DNA from: Torpedo marmorata
Taxonomy: Eukaryota
Assembly (NCBI GenBank): GCA_977017645.1
Contig: OZ360222.1
Location: forward strand, 248,186,001 to 248,250,000
DNA: 64,000 nt
Reading direction: 5' to 3'
Positions within the stretch are counted from its first letter, which is position 1; every line of letters starts with the position of its first letter. Below the pieces are notes generated by a model. That model made no database searches and was not told the origin of the DNA. It saw only the letters and a program-made list of their open reading frames with translations. Shown here in pieces: positions 39,022 to 51,388 of the stretch. The position numbers and the translations under genes were made by a program.

Positions 39022-42000
39022 TGTGGTAAACCACTATAGTATGTATATATGTATTGTGGGCTGGGGCAAGTATGACCATGACCTGTCTGTCTGTCCCGGT
39101 GACTCCTCCCCCCCTTTCCCCTGGAATAAAGGCCTTGAGCCATTGACTCCACCCACAGTTCCGGGACAATCCAGCAGGGATCACCAGGTCAAGTGTAGCT
39201 TAGCCCTGGCCTGATTTCTGGTATTAAAAGCCTATTGATTTCCTGCACTTCCAGACTCGCGTCTGTCATTGATAGGTACATCAATTTTAATACCAGTTCT
39301 AAAATCCGATGGAGAATTTTCTGAGGCCGGACAAGCTGGACATCGACCCCCTGGCCCAAGACGCTGCAAGTGACTTTGAACTCTGGCTGCGCTGCTTCGT
39401 AGCCTTCCTGAGGTCGACCAGAGCGGTCACCAACGAGAATAAACTCGACATCCTCATGTCCAGGGTAAGCAAACGAGTGTATGGCACTGTCAGAGACTGT
39501 GATACCTATGAGGATGCCTTGGAAGCCCTCCGAAGGCTGTACCTGACGCCGGTGAACGAGGTTTTCGCGAGGCACCGGTTATCGCAACAGTACCAGCGAC
39601 CCGGAGAGTCAATCTCTGAATATATCCAGGACGTGATGCTCCTGGTGCGGGCGTGCGATTGCCGAGCCCTGACGGCTAAGCAACACGCCGAAATATTGGC
39701 AAGGGACACGATCATTATGGGGCTCAGGTCGGTTTACATTCGCCAGCGATTGCTGGAACACGCCGACCTGACCCTGAGATCTACCGTTCAGAATGCCCTC
39801 ACGCTGGAATCGGCGCTCAAGAACGCTGACGCTATGCAGGCGCAGCCTGCCTCTTGGATCGCCCCAACCGCCAGCCCTGCAAGCAACGCGACGGCCGCTG
39901 CCGTCTACCGGGACCCGCTCGCCGCCGCCGACGCTATCCGTGAGTTGGCCGCTGCCGCCGCTACCCGGGACCCCGCCGCCACCCGTGAGTTAACCGCTGC
40001 CGCTGTCACCCGGGAGCCCGAGAAGTGCTACTTCTGCGGGCTCGACAAACACCCACACAAGCGCTGCCCGGCCCGAGACGCGACTTGTTCTAGCTGCGGC
40101 AAGAAAGGCCACTACGCAAAGGCCTGCCGCTCCAAGTCGCGTACGGGTCCGAGCAGCGCCGCGTGCGAAGTAAGGGAGCGGCCATCTTACCTGTCGTCAC
40201 TTCCGGCGGAGACCTCGTGCGAGGAATGGAGGCGGCCATCTTGGCCTTCAGCACTTCCGGTTTCGACATTTCCGGCGCGGCCATTTTATAACCTCGCCGC
40301 GGCTCTGCCAGCACTTCCGGCGCCGCCATCTTGTAGCGACACGTGTGAGCTACGGGAGCTGCCATCAGCGTCGGATCAAGACGACTCGTCGGATCAAGAC
40401 TACGTCTCGACCCTGGCATCCGTGACGCTGGATCAAAGCGCGCCCCATCAGCTGTCCAGATCGATGATGGACATATTAGTTGAGGGGCATAAGACTACCT
40501 GCCTGTTCGACACAGGCAGTACTGAAAGTTTTGTTCACCCAGACACTGCCCAGCGCTGTGGCCTCACAATTGTACCGGTAAGCCAGAAGGTGGCCATGGC
40601 GTCTGGAACTCACACAACAGACATCCGGGGGGGTTGTGTGGCGAATATAGTAGTGCAGGGCACGGAATATCGCGGGTTTTCATTGATGGTCATGCCCCGT
40701 TTGTGTGCTCCTGTATTGCTGGGACTGGACTTCCAAAGCCACCTGCGAAGCGTCACCATGCACTATGACGGGCCCCACCCTCCGATCGTTGTGACCAACC
40801 CCCAGTACTTGAATAATACGCCCCAGATTACCTGTGGTCTCTCCACGCTGAAGACCCAACCCCCGCCACTTTTCGCCAACCTGACCCCTGACTGTAAGCC
40901 TGTAGCGACTAAAAGTAGGCGATACAGTGCAGGGGACAGGGCATTCATTAAGGCGGAAGTGCATCGTCTACTGGGGGAAGGGATCATAGCACCCAGTAAC
41001 AGCCCCTGGAGAGCACAGGTAGTCGTGGTGAAGAACGGGGCTAAGAGCCGGATGGTGGTGGACTATAGCCAGACCATTAACCGGTTCACGCAACTGGATG
41101 CCTATCCGCTGCCAAGAATCGCGGATATGGTCAACCAGATTGCGCAGTATAAAGTATTCTCCACTATTGACCTAAAGTCGGCTTACCACCAGCTTCCGAT
41201 TCGCCGGGAAGACCGAGCGTACACCGCTTTCAAGGCGGACGGCAGATTATTCCATTTTCTGCGCGTCCCCTTCGGGGTAACAAATGGGGTATCCTTGTTT
41301 CAACGGGAGATGGACAGGATCATTGACCAGTTCAAACTCACTGCCACCTTCCCGTACCTGGACGACATCACCATTTGTGGTCATGATCGCCAGGATCACG
41401 ATAAGAACCTTCGGAAGTTCCTACAGGCGGCTAAGACGCTGAACCTCACCTATAACGAGGAGAAATGCGTGTTCGGGACTACCCGACTCGCTATCCTGGG
41501 GTGCGTCGTGGAGAACGGGGTGATTGGACCCGACCCCGACTGCATGCGCCCCCTGTTGGAACTTCCGATTCCCCTTACCCCCAAAGCCCTTAAACGATGC
41601 CTCGGGTTCTTCTCGTATTATGCGCAGTGGGTCCCAAACTATGCGGCAAAGCCCGACCCCTCGTCAAATCCACCAAGTTTCCCCTGGCAGCGGAGGCACG
41701 TGAGGCCTTCGACCTCATAAAAGGGGACATCGCCCGAGCAGCGATGCACGCGGTGGACGAGTCGGAACCTTTTCAGGTGGAGAGTGACACCTCGGACTTC
41801 GCACTGGCTGCTACCCTCAACCAGGCGGGAAGACCGGTAGCGTTTTTCTCCCGCACCCTTCAAGGCCCCGAAATTCGGCACTCCGCGGTAGAGAAAGAGG
41901 CCCAGGCCATTGTTGAGGCTGTCCGGCACTGGAGGCACTATCTCGCCGGAAAACATTTTACCCTGCTGACGGACCAGCGCTCCGTCGCATTCATGTTTAA

Positions 42001-43661
42001 CAGCCAGCAGCGGGGTAAAATCAAGAATGACAAAATCATGAGGTGGAGAATAGAACTCTCCACCTACAATTACGACATCATGTACCGGCCCGGGAAGCTC
42101 AACGAGCCCTCCGACGCTCTATCCCGGGGATCGTGCGCCAGCGCGCAGATCGACCTAGTATACTCCCTACACAACGACCTCTGCCACCCAGGAGTCACCA
42201 GGCTGTTCCACTTCATCAAAGCACGGAACCTGCCTTTCTCCCTGGATGAGGTCAGAACCATGACCAGCAGCTGCCGAGTCTGTGCGGAATGCAAACCGCA
42301 GTACTACCGCCCCGACAGAGCACAGCTGGTCAAGGCCACCCGCCCGTTCGAACGTCTCAGTATAGACTTCAAGGGACCCCTTCCCTCCACGAACCGCAAT
42401 GTGTACTTCCTTAACATCATCGATGAGTACTCGCGGTTCCCCTTTGCCATCCCCTGCCCAGATACCTCGGCGGCTTCGGCTATCAAAGCCCTCCGCCAGG
42501 TATTCACCTTGTTCGGGTTCCCCAGCTACGTCCATAGAGATCGGGGATCCGCGTTCATGAGCGAGGAGCTGCGACAGCATTTGCAGACCCGAGGCATCGC
42601 CACCAGTAGGACCACGGGGTACAACCCGCGGGGGAACGGACAGGTGGAGAGGGAGAACGCCACTGTATGGACAGCTACACTACTGGCCCTGAAATCAAAA
42701 GGGTGGCCAGTGGCCCGCTGGCAGGAGGTTCTCCCGGACGCCCTCCACTCTATACGATCCCTCTTATGTACCGCCACTAACGCTACCCCTCACGAACGTC
42801 TCTTTTCCTTCCCCAGAAAATCGACTACCGGGACTACCCTCCCTGCCTGGCTGACGTCCCCGGGACCGGTGCTACTCCGCAAACATCTTCGGAGTAGCAA
42901 GTACGAGCCCTTGGTCGAGAGGGTGCAGCTGATCCACGCGAACCCGCAGTACGCATTCGTGGTTTTCCCCGACGGGCGGGAAGACACGGTGTCAATACGG
43001 GACCTGGCGCCTGCAGGAGCGTCAGAAGAGGTCCCCGACAGCGGGAACGCCGGGTCACAGCTGCCCCCTCCGGCCCATCCGCCTCCCAGCACGGCGGGTA
43101 CAACGCCCCAGCCGGAGCTGGAAGAGCCACAAGCCAGGCAGGAGGCAAACCAGACCCAGACCCACCCTACTCTCGTTCCACAACCACAACCATCTACGCA
43201 GGCATCACGTACCCTCATTCCACAACCACTACCATCACCGCTGGTACTACGCAGGTCACAGCGGCGAATCCGGCCGCCGGTTAGACTCAACCTGTAGACG
43301 TGATAATTACTATGTAAATAATCTGTGTATATTTGTGTTTTCTTTAATTACGGTATCCACTTCACCCCCCCGTCGGACTTGTTCTAAAAGAAGGGGTGAA
43401 TGTGGTAAACCACTATAGTATGTATATATGTATTGTGGGCTGGGGCAAGTATGACCATGACCTGTCTGTCTGTCCCGGTGACTCCTCCCCCCTTTCCCCT
43501 GGAATAAAGGCCTTGAGCCATTGACTCCACCCACAGTTCTGAGACAATCCAGCAGGGATTACCAGGTCAAGTGTAGCTTAGCCCTGGCCTGATTTCTGGT
43601 ATTAAAAGCCTATTGATTTCCTGCACTTCCAGACTCGCGTCTGTCATTGATAGGTACATCA
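39022..43661 (+). mobile_element. Full-length Ty3/Gypsy LTR retrotransposon (Mag-like Gag)
   Basis: LTRs 39022-39283 and 43401-43661 (TG..CA, about 3 substitutions and 1 indel); 5-bp TSD TTTCC; PPT AAAAGAAGGGGTGAA; inserted in a CR1 remnant. Confidence 0.97.
39309..43297 (+). CDS. Gypsy gag-pol polyprotein, one frameshift near 41647
   Basis: Two Zn knuckles (CYFC..H..C, CSSCGKKGHYAKAC), protease LFDTGS, RT YLDD, RNaseH ESDTSDFAL/EKEAQA/TDQ, integrase H..H..CRVC, DFKGP, DRG, VERENAT. Confidence 0.93.
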
Positions 43662-44919
43662 TTTCCTTACCATCACCTCTCATTTTTCCGTACTCCAAAG
43701 TGTGTAGGCTCATCTGCTCCACCTTTCTTCATACAACCCTTTATCCCAGGAATCATCCAAGTGAACCTTCTCTACAATACCACCTATGCAAGAATCTCTT
43801 TCCATTAACAGGGAGACTAGAAGAGTAAAATCATGCTCACAGTGCAGTCTCACCTGTGCTCTGCAAAATTGCCACAAATATGCTCCATACCTTTTGCAAT
43901 AAAAGCCATTATTCCATTGGCCTTCTTACCCCAACTGTACCAGCATGCAAACTTTGTGCACCTCCTCCCTTTGTACTGCTACTTTTTTTCATCTCTTTTA
44001 AAATAATAATTGTTTATTCTCGTTCTTCCATCTAAAGTGGATAATCTCACATTTACCCCATATTACACTCCATTTGCTCACTTCTTGCCCATGCACTTAA
44101 TCTATCTATATCCCTCTGCAGACTCCTTGTGCCTTCCCTACAGAGTTGCTAACCCGCCTATCTTTGTATCATCAGCAAATTTGGCAACAGTACAAGGTCC
44201 CTTTCTTCCAAGTCATTACTATAGATTATAAATAGTTGAAGTGTTATCACTGATTCCTGCAGCACCACACTGATTACTGACCACACATCTAACAGTGATC
44301 CAATTATCTTCTGTTTTTTTTTAAAGTTAATCGATCCCCTATCTATATCAATTCATGCCAACTAGTAGGGACCCGTCTTTATTATTCTCCTCGGCCCACA
44401 GCCTTCAGTGTCTAAGCAATTCAAGTACCTGTCAAGACATTTCTTCAAGGCTGCCAGCATCTCTGCTCCCAACGCTCTCTTTCCACCACTCTCTCTGGCA
44501 ATGCATTCCAGGTGATCACCACTCTCTGGGTAGAAATGGTTCCCCTTAAATCCCCTCTAAACCCCCTATCCCCTACCCTAAATCTGTGTTCTCTAATTTT
44601 ATTCACCTCTGAAAACAGGAAATGATTCCAACAGTATACCCAATCCATACTCTTCATAATTTTATGTCTCCTCTTAACCAGCTTCAGTCCCAGCCTCTCC
44701 AGTCTCTATTCAAAACTAAACTGCTCCATTCCAGCCCTCATTCTCGTGACTCTCATTTGTACCCTCACCACCGCTTTCACATCCATCTATCGTGGGTCAG
44801 CAGATTTACACATGGTACTCCTGTAAGGTCTAACCAATATTTTACAAAACTGGAGTATAACTTTCCTGCTCTTGTATTCAGTGGCTGATTGATGAAGGTC
44901 AATATCCTGTGTACCTTCT

Positions 44920-45475
44920 ATTTTTAAAAAAATATTTTATTTTTCATTTTCAGAAATGTTCACAAAACATTAATAAAGAATCACGAAATATACACAAATT
45001 TCAAACGTGGCAAGTACAGAATACATGACACCCCTTCACCCTCCCTTCCCCACCCAAAAAAAAGAAAAAGAATAAAATCAAGACAGAAAGAAAAAGAAAA
45101 GAAAACTAAATGTACCGTCAGCACTTACAACTTTTGTCCAAGTATTTGGGGATGACACACTCTTAAAATAATTATACATTACAGTACACCATACCTCAGG
45201 GGTTTGATTACAACTGAGCACCAATGTGCTCCAAGTACGGTTGCCACACTTTAACAAAGTTATCGTACTTATTTCTAAGACTATATGTAATTTTTTCCAT
45301 GGGGATACAGCTGTACATTTCCGTAGACCATCGAGAGATGAGAAGGGGGGAGTCGGACTTACAAGTAACTGCAATGCATTTTTTTGCTACGGACAGAGCA
45401 ACTTTTACAAATTGAATTTGGAATTTAGATAATCTGTTGCTTATGTGCATGAGGTTTCCTAGAAGATACAACTGC
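44920..45475 (-). mobile_element. L1-clade LINE 3' fragment
   Basis: SKFQIQFVKVALSVAKKCIA..CIPMEKITY, similar to 3860-4140. Confidence 0.85.
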
Positions 45476-47231
45476 GGGCCGTGTATCTTCTTAACCTTGT
45501 TATCTACCTGCATTGATCTTTGGACTTGCACACCACGGTTCCTATGTTCTTCAGTGCTCCCTGGGTCCTTACCATACATTCATTAGCTTCATTAGTACTT
45601 TTAAAATGCATTGCCTCACACTTACCTGGATTAAACCCCATCTGCCATTTCACAGCCCATTTCATCAACACACCAATATCACCCTGTTGCCTCAGACTAC
45701 CCTCCCCACTGTCAACAACTCCACCAATCTTAGTGTAACCTGAGAACTTTCAGATCATGCCTCCTCCATCCTAATAAAAATAATTCATCTATGTTACAAA
45801 CAACAGAGATCCCAGTGCTGACCCCTGCATCCAATGACAAAAACAATCCTCTACTATCTCTTTTTTCCAAGCCAAATTTGGATCCAATTTACCAACTTGC
45901 ATTAGATCCCAGGGGTTCTGACCTTATGGACCAATCTCCCACGTGGGGCCTTATCGAAGGCCTTACTGAATGAAGTCCATATCCAAAGTCAATTTCCTTC
46001 TAGCTCAATGCACAGATTGTCCCAATCTTGCCCTTAATAGGTCCCACCGTTTTCTTTTATCTTTAATATACATAAAAACTCTTTTGCCTTTACCTTATTC
46101 CTGTTTACCAGTGGTATTTCATTATTCCTCTCTACCTTCCTAACTTCATCTTTAAGCATCTCTTGATGTCAGATTAATGTCAGATACTTGACGAGCCTCC
46201 CCGTCTTTAACTTTTTCTACTTAGAACCTAGAACATAGAACACTACAACACAGTAAAGGCCCTTCGGCCCTCGATGTTGTGCCGATCCATATATCCCTAA
46301 AAAAAATTACTAAACCCACCCTACCCCATAACCCTCTATAAGTAACGGTGACTTCGCTCCACCAATAGTCACCTGGAGGCTAAGTGTGGTCCTTGCTTTT
46401 GACGCGTTTTATTTAATTTACTGACAAAGTCCAATATGTTCAAAAACCTTTATTTTCACACATGACTTGCAGTAATCTTCAATGACTTTAATATAAACAG
46501 TTCTTGTAAACGATGTATGATAAGTTCCTTTAAATTATTCCTTAAACAATTCCAAAACGATATGAAACACTGTAGATGATGTTAAAGTTATAGAAACATT
46601 ATAAAACGGTATAAAACGGTCAATAAAGATGTGGAGACCAGACTCACCCCCTATACATCTCTATCCTTTCTTTGTTCTCTCTCTCTAATGGTTCTGCGCA
46701 TGCTCCAACGCGCATACTACAATTCCCAGCCTCCCACGCGCACTATGACGTCACTCTATACTGCGCATGCGCCCGTCGGCACTCCCGCGCATGCGCATAT
46801 CAAAGAACGGGCCGACGACGGCCCACAGAACACAACGCAAGCGCTCCAAGGCCCGACGTGGCCTCGGAGCGCGCTGAGGACGGCCCAGTGAACAACGCGA
46901 GCGCTCAATGGCCCGACGTGGCCCAGGAGCGCTCCGAGGACGGCCCACCGAACCACGCGAGCGCTCCAAGGCCCGACGAGACATCGGAGCGCCGCAACAA
47001 CGGTAAGTTAACGAGCCTACGGCTCTTACACCGGCCCCTAATTATTATAATTAGACGTAATGTCTTGAATAATAATTACACTATAAATAATAATAACCAT
47101 AACATTCAAAACAATACAAATCTTCTTTCTTCCTTCTTCATAAATCTAGAGTTTACCATAACTCTGATTCAACAAAAGTCTGTAACCTGTGAAATGTACA
47201 ACAACAAATAAAGTCAGTTTACATTTATCAA

Positions 47232-47445
47232 AGTTCCTCTGTCTCCAACAAAAGGCAGACCTGGTTAATAGGTCTGCTTAGAAAACCAGTCTTAGCTTTA
47301 ATTCGCACTTGACGCACAAGTCCTCTTTGTCTTGAAAAGTCTCAATAATCTTTTCCAAGTAAACAGGAATTTCTTGAAGTTGAACCATCCATAACAATCA
47401 CAATGTCTCTTTAAAGTTCTTTTATCTTCACAATCCGAGTCAAAC
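47232..47445 (-). pseudogene. Degenerate BEL integrase C-terminal remnant
   Basis: Translates with frameshifts to DIVIVMD..RNS..LGK and GLVRQVRIKAKTGFLSRPINQVCLLLE, typical of the BEL/Pao Pol C-terminus. Confidence 0.75.
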
Positions 47446-47446
47446 G

Positions 47447-50400
47447 TCAACCAGTAAACCTCAAATCCTCCTCAGATAAAATAGATACAGTTTTTCTTTT
47501 GAATTTAACACAAGGCACTTCTTCAGCACGTCGTTTCACTTTATTCCTTTCTTCAGTATTCCACTTCTCATGTGAAGAATTTAAACTCTTAGAATTAGAA
47601 TTTGAATATTTATCTGATTCTCTCGACCTTAAACAGGTCTGTTTAACCACTCTGGTTTCTATGGCTCTTTCCTGTAATTCTAAATCCAATTTCGCAACTT
47701 TCAATTCAGTCTCAGCTCCTTCCGAGAAATTAATAATTTGATCTGAAGTCAAAATATCATGCGATACATTGATAATTCCATTGTCAATCCTGTTGCGGCA
47801 TACTTGAAATTTTTTAATTTCTTCATCTTGCTTGTTACATTTCTGCAATGCAATCTCACATTCTTTCTGCATTGTTAATTGTTGAACATTCAATTTACAT
47901 TCTTGATTGGTTTTAAAAGTCAACTGTTTTGTGTTATTAACCAATAACTTGATCTCTTTCAAAACATTAATCTCTTCCTCCAACCTTTTACATTTTGATA
48001 ATGCTGAATCTCTTTCCTCAATAACTGTATTCATTTCTTCAGCAGTTATTCTTTTCTTCCGCTTTCTGACTTTGCGAGTTTTACTTACAATTAAATCTTT
48101 CTGTTTACTGTTTTCTTGCTTATTTAATATTTCCAATTCTCCTTTCAACATTTTGTTCTCTGAATCATTATTCTTTACTCCATCAGCACAATTTTCTGTG
48201 TTTTCCATTTTTACATCACATTGCAATAATTCTTCATTAGCTTTGTCTATTGTAATCTCTGAACTACAAAATCTACATTCAGATTTGTTTTCAGTCACTT
48301 GTTTTATTCCTGTATTTGATTCAATTACACATGAATGATCAACAGTATTATTTGCAACATCTTCTAATACTTCACTTTCATCCATTTCTGACGAAATTAA
48401 TTTCTTTAATGTTGTTTTAAATACCACTGATTTATTTTCACATTGATCTGTTTTCTTTTCTTCATAAGTGATTTTCTTATTCACGGTTTTTTGCTCTTCT
48501 CTTAACTCTTCAAATTTCTCAACTGAAATTTTATTAACATTTATCGCTACCTGTTCCTGAGCAATATCATTATTTCTTTCCATTGGTCCATTGATTGCCC
48601 AACCAAGCATGGTTCTAATAGCGTAAGGTCCATTCCTTTTACTTTCTATTACTTCTTTTGGTACCAAAACCTTTGGCACATCTGAACCAATCAGCATTTC
48701 TATCTCAGAATTAATTTCAGGTAAATAAACCTTCCACAGATAAGCTAAATGATGGATATCACTTTGATGAGGAATATTTCCTTCGTTCACAGGCATAGTC
48801 TTCTGAGTATATACACTTGGAAGATCACAAAATTTTTTGTCATCCAATCCAGCAACCTCTAAGCCTGAAACAATGTTAGTTTCAACAACCTTTTCTTGTC
48901 CCATTGTTTTTAACATAATTCTTGATTTTCTTCCTTGAATATTAAGTTTATTCATTAGTCCTTCCGTGCAAAAAGATGCAGTGCTACCTGGGTCTAGAAA
49001 TGCATATGTTTTTACTATTGCATCCCCTTTCTTGGCCTTAACTTGTACAGGCACTATTGAAAGTTTGCAGTTATTCACCCCGGCCCCAGTAAGACCACTT
49101 GTCTGAACCGAGGTTATAACATTATTTTCTTTTGTTTCCTTTGTTTCTGTTTGCTCCTTTTCCAATTCCTTGTTTCTGTTACGGACATGCAAAATTCTAG
49201 GATGTTTAAAATTGCATATGTCACAATTAATTTGCTTCTCGCAGTTTTTACTGATGTGCCCTTTACACAGACAGCTAAAACATATTCCATTTTCCTTTAA
49301 GAAAGTGATCCTTTCTTTATGTTCCTTCCTTTCCAATTGTAAACACATTTCCAAAGCATGTCCACCTTTACAGAACAAACAACTCTTTTCATTAGGCAAA
49401 CTTTCCTTTTCCTTATTTATTTTGTCCTTTTCTTTACTTATAACTTGCACATTAGTAGCAAAAGTACTCCTTTTCACCTTCGGACTAGACTGTGAATTAG
49501 ACTTTCTTACATCTTTGCCCATTGAATTATCTCTGGTATTTCCATATAGTGGATCTGTTTCAACGTACACCCGTCGTTCAAGAAAATTTACCAAATCCTT
49601 TAAGGTAGTTTTTCGACCGTAATCTACTTGTAAATTACAAGCCAAATCTCTCCATCTATCCCATAACTTGTAAGGTAATTTTTCTAAGATAATTCGCATA
49701 TTACTATGCACTTCAAGCTCACGAATACCATCGATTTCTTCCATAGCATTACAACATCCTCTTAAAAACAAAGTATATTCTTGCAAAGCCTTTACATCAT
49801 TTTGTTTTATTGATGTCCATTTAAGAGCTTTATCCATATAAGCTAAAGCAATTCGATGTTTGTTGCCAAAATATTGTTCCAATAAATCCTTAGCTTTATC
49901 TAATCCTCTTCCTGAAGACATTTGATTACAACTTTTAACCAGTTCCTTTGGATGTCCCTTTGTGAACATTTCCAAATAATAAAGACATTCATCTCGATCT
50001 TGGCATTTATCTTCAATATTGCGTTTGAAAGATCTCATAAACGATTGATATTGAAGTGGATCACCATCAAAAGTTTGTATCTCTTTCTTGGGTAAAGAAG
50101 AGAGAGACTGTAACTGAAACAATGATGCAGCAATTTCATTTTGTCTTTCCTTGGATGACAATACATTGCTCTGTTCACCGTCTCTTGTTGTATGCAATGT
50201 ATCTGGAAACCTTACTGGTGTAGTTTCTTCCATATTTCTGATGCTTGGCTCATATAACAAAGAAGCTGCTTCGTTCGACCGTACCCAATCCGCAGCTTTG
50301 CTTTCAGATGTTATTATTGGTACATGTGACTTGATACCAATATGCTCTTGAAAGGTTTGTCCTTGTATACGTAAGTTTTGTATCCTTGGTTCTAAAATAT

Positions 50401-51388
50401 CTATCCTTTTGGTTGGTTTCTTTTCCTGTGACTCCTTTTTTGAATATGACCTTTTATTATCAGACAATTTAGATAATTTACTGCTAGCACCAGATACCAT
50501 TGAACCTTCTATTGCTTTCTTTTCTGCCTTGGCAATAGCAATGTTTGCTTCCAGCTCCTGCAGTTCTTTTCTCTGTCTTAGCTGCTCCTTCTCTTGTCTT
50601 AGCTGCTCCTTTAGCTGCTTCTCATTTTGTCTTAGCTGCTCCTTTAGCTGCTCCTCATTTTGTCTTAGCTGCTCCTCCTCTTGTCTTAGCTGCTCCTTCT
50701 TTTGTCTTAGCTGCTCCTTTAGCTGCTTCTCATTTTGTCTTAGCTGCTCCTTTAGCTGCTCCTCATTTTGTCTTAGCTGCTCCTCCTCTTGTTCTAATAT
50801 AAATTTATCCTTAAGCGTTTTTTGTTGTGCAAGAAGAGCGGCCAATTTAACATCAACCTTTGTACGTGACGATGCAGAACTTGAAGTACGAGAAACTCTG
50901 GAGCTTGAACCAGAACTTCTTTTGCTTCTCCTGCTTTCAGCATTTGAGACACTGTCACTTGCTTGTATTTCGTCCTGCAGTTCATATGTTGTCTTCATAC
51001 TTACCTCTTTATCCAATTCGAATTGTATATCCTTTGCATCTTCAACCAATTCAATTTCTTCCTCATTTGGTGACACAATTTCAGCCATTTCCAAGTTATC
51101 TTCTTGTTCAAATAATGAAGCTGCCTCTTCATCCTTTGCCTGCTTCAATCTTTCAATAAGAACCTTTTTATTTCCACTTATGTCCCTTTTCAGTCGCTTC
51201 AATTCTTCTTTAATATCCGCAACCTTCATGTCTTCAATACGTTGGTCCTCAACAGCAACATCAGCGGTTGCTGCGTCAGCTGCTGATAAATCAGTAGCTG
51301 CTGTATCAGTGGCTGCTGCGGCCATTTTACTCGTCTTGTTCCTCTTTCCTTCAAGCATACACAACACTAGCCAAACAACAGTCCCCAA
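47447..51388 (-). CDS. BEL SAP-Gag-protease fused to a MIPOL1-like coiled coil; no RT, RNaseH or integrase core
   Basis: SAP motif MKVADIKEELKRLKRDISGNKKVLIERL; Gag LPKKEIQTFDGDPLQY; three Cys-His knuckles; protease AFLDPGSTASF and GPYAIRTMLGWAINGP; likely start is the ATG at 51325. Confidence 0.9.
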   Translation of the reverse strand: MGTVVWLVLCMLEGKRNKTSKMAAAATDTAATDLSAADAATADVAVEDQRIEDMKVADIKEELKRLKRDISGNKKVLIERLKQAKDEEAASLFEQEDNLEMAEIVSPNEEEIELVEDAKDIQFELDKEVSMKTTYELQDEIQASDSVSNAESRRSKRSSGSSSRVSRTSSSASSRTKVDVKLAALLAQQKTLKDKFILEQEEEQLRQNEEQLKEQLRQNEKQLKEQLRQKKEQLRQEEEQLRQNEEQLKEQLRQNEKQLKEQLRQEKEQLRQRKELQELEANIAIAKAEKKAIEGSMVSGASSKLSKLSDNKRSYSKKESQEKKPTKRIDILEPRIQNLRIQGQTFQEHIGIKSHVPIITSESKAADWVRSNEAASLLYEPSIRNMEETTPVRFPDTLHTTRDGEQSNVLSSKERQNEIAASLFQLQSLSSLPKKEIQTFDGDPLQYQSFMRSFKRNIEDKCQDRDECLYYLEMFTKGHPKELVKSCNQMSSGRGLDKAKDLLEQYFGNKHRIALAYMDKALKWTSIKQNDVKALQEYTLFLRGCCNAMEEIDGIRELEVHSNMRIILEKLPYKLWDRWRDLACNLQVDYGRKTTLKDLVNFLERRVYVETDPLYGNTRDNSMGKDVRKSNSQSSPKVKRSTFATNVQVISKEKDKINKEKESLPNEKSCLFCKGGHALEMCLQLERKEHKERITFLKENGICFSCLCKGHISKNCEKQINCDICNFKHPRILHVRNRNKELEKEQTETKETKENNVITSVQTSGLTGAGVNNCKLSIVPVQVKAKKGDAIVKTYAFLDPGSTASFCTEGLMNKLNIQGRKSRIMLKTMGQEKVVETNIVSGLEVAGLDDKKFCDLPSVYTQKTMPVNEGNIPHQSDIHHLAYLWKVYLPEINSEIEMLIGSDVPKVLVPKEVIESKRNGPYAIRTMLGWAINGPMERNNDIAQEQVAINVNKISVEKFEELREEQKTVNKKITYEEKKTDQCENKSVVFKTTLKKLISSEMDESEVLEDVANNTVDHSCVIESNTGIKQVTENKSECRFCSSEITIDKANEELLQCDVKMENTENCADGVKNNDSENKMLKGELEILNKQENSKQKDLIVSKTRKVRKRKKRITAEEMNTVIEERDSALSKCKRLEEEINVLKEIKLLVNNTKQLTFKTNQECKLNVQQLTMQKECEIALQKCNKQDEEIKKFQVCRNRIDNGIINVSHDILTSDQIINFSEGAETELKVAKLDLELQERAIETRVVKQTCLRSRESDKYSNSNSKSLNSSHEKWNTEERNKVKRRAEEVPCVKFKRKTVSILSEEDLRFTG
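47640..48090 (-). other. MIPOL1: Captured host-gene fragment resembling MIPOL1
   Basis: RITAEEMNTVIEERDSALSKCKRLEEEI..NNTKQLT..NQE matches recalled MIPOL1 RITAEEMSALIEERDAALSKCKRLEQEL..NNMRHLT..NNQE; recognised from memory, not searched. Confidence 0.7.
50570..50790 (-). repeat. Coding tandem repeat (EQLRQ/EQLK units, 108-bp higher-order duplication) in BEL Gag
   Basis: Repeated TTGTCTTAGCTGCTCC units. Confidence 0.9.

Noticed and set aside
41597-41720. Programmed ribosomal frameshift in Gypsy pol
   Set aside because: The break falls in the RT/RNaseH region (YA[D]KARPL) with no slippery heptamer; best explained as a 1-bp deletion
46817-46995. 60-bp repeats as a CRISPR-like array
   Set aside because: Eukaryotic LTR-internal tandem repeats with no unique spacers and no cas genes
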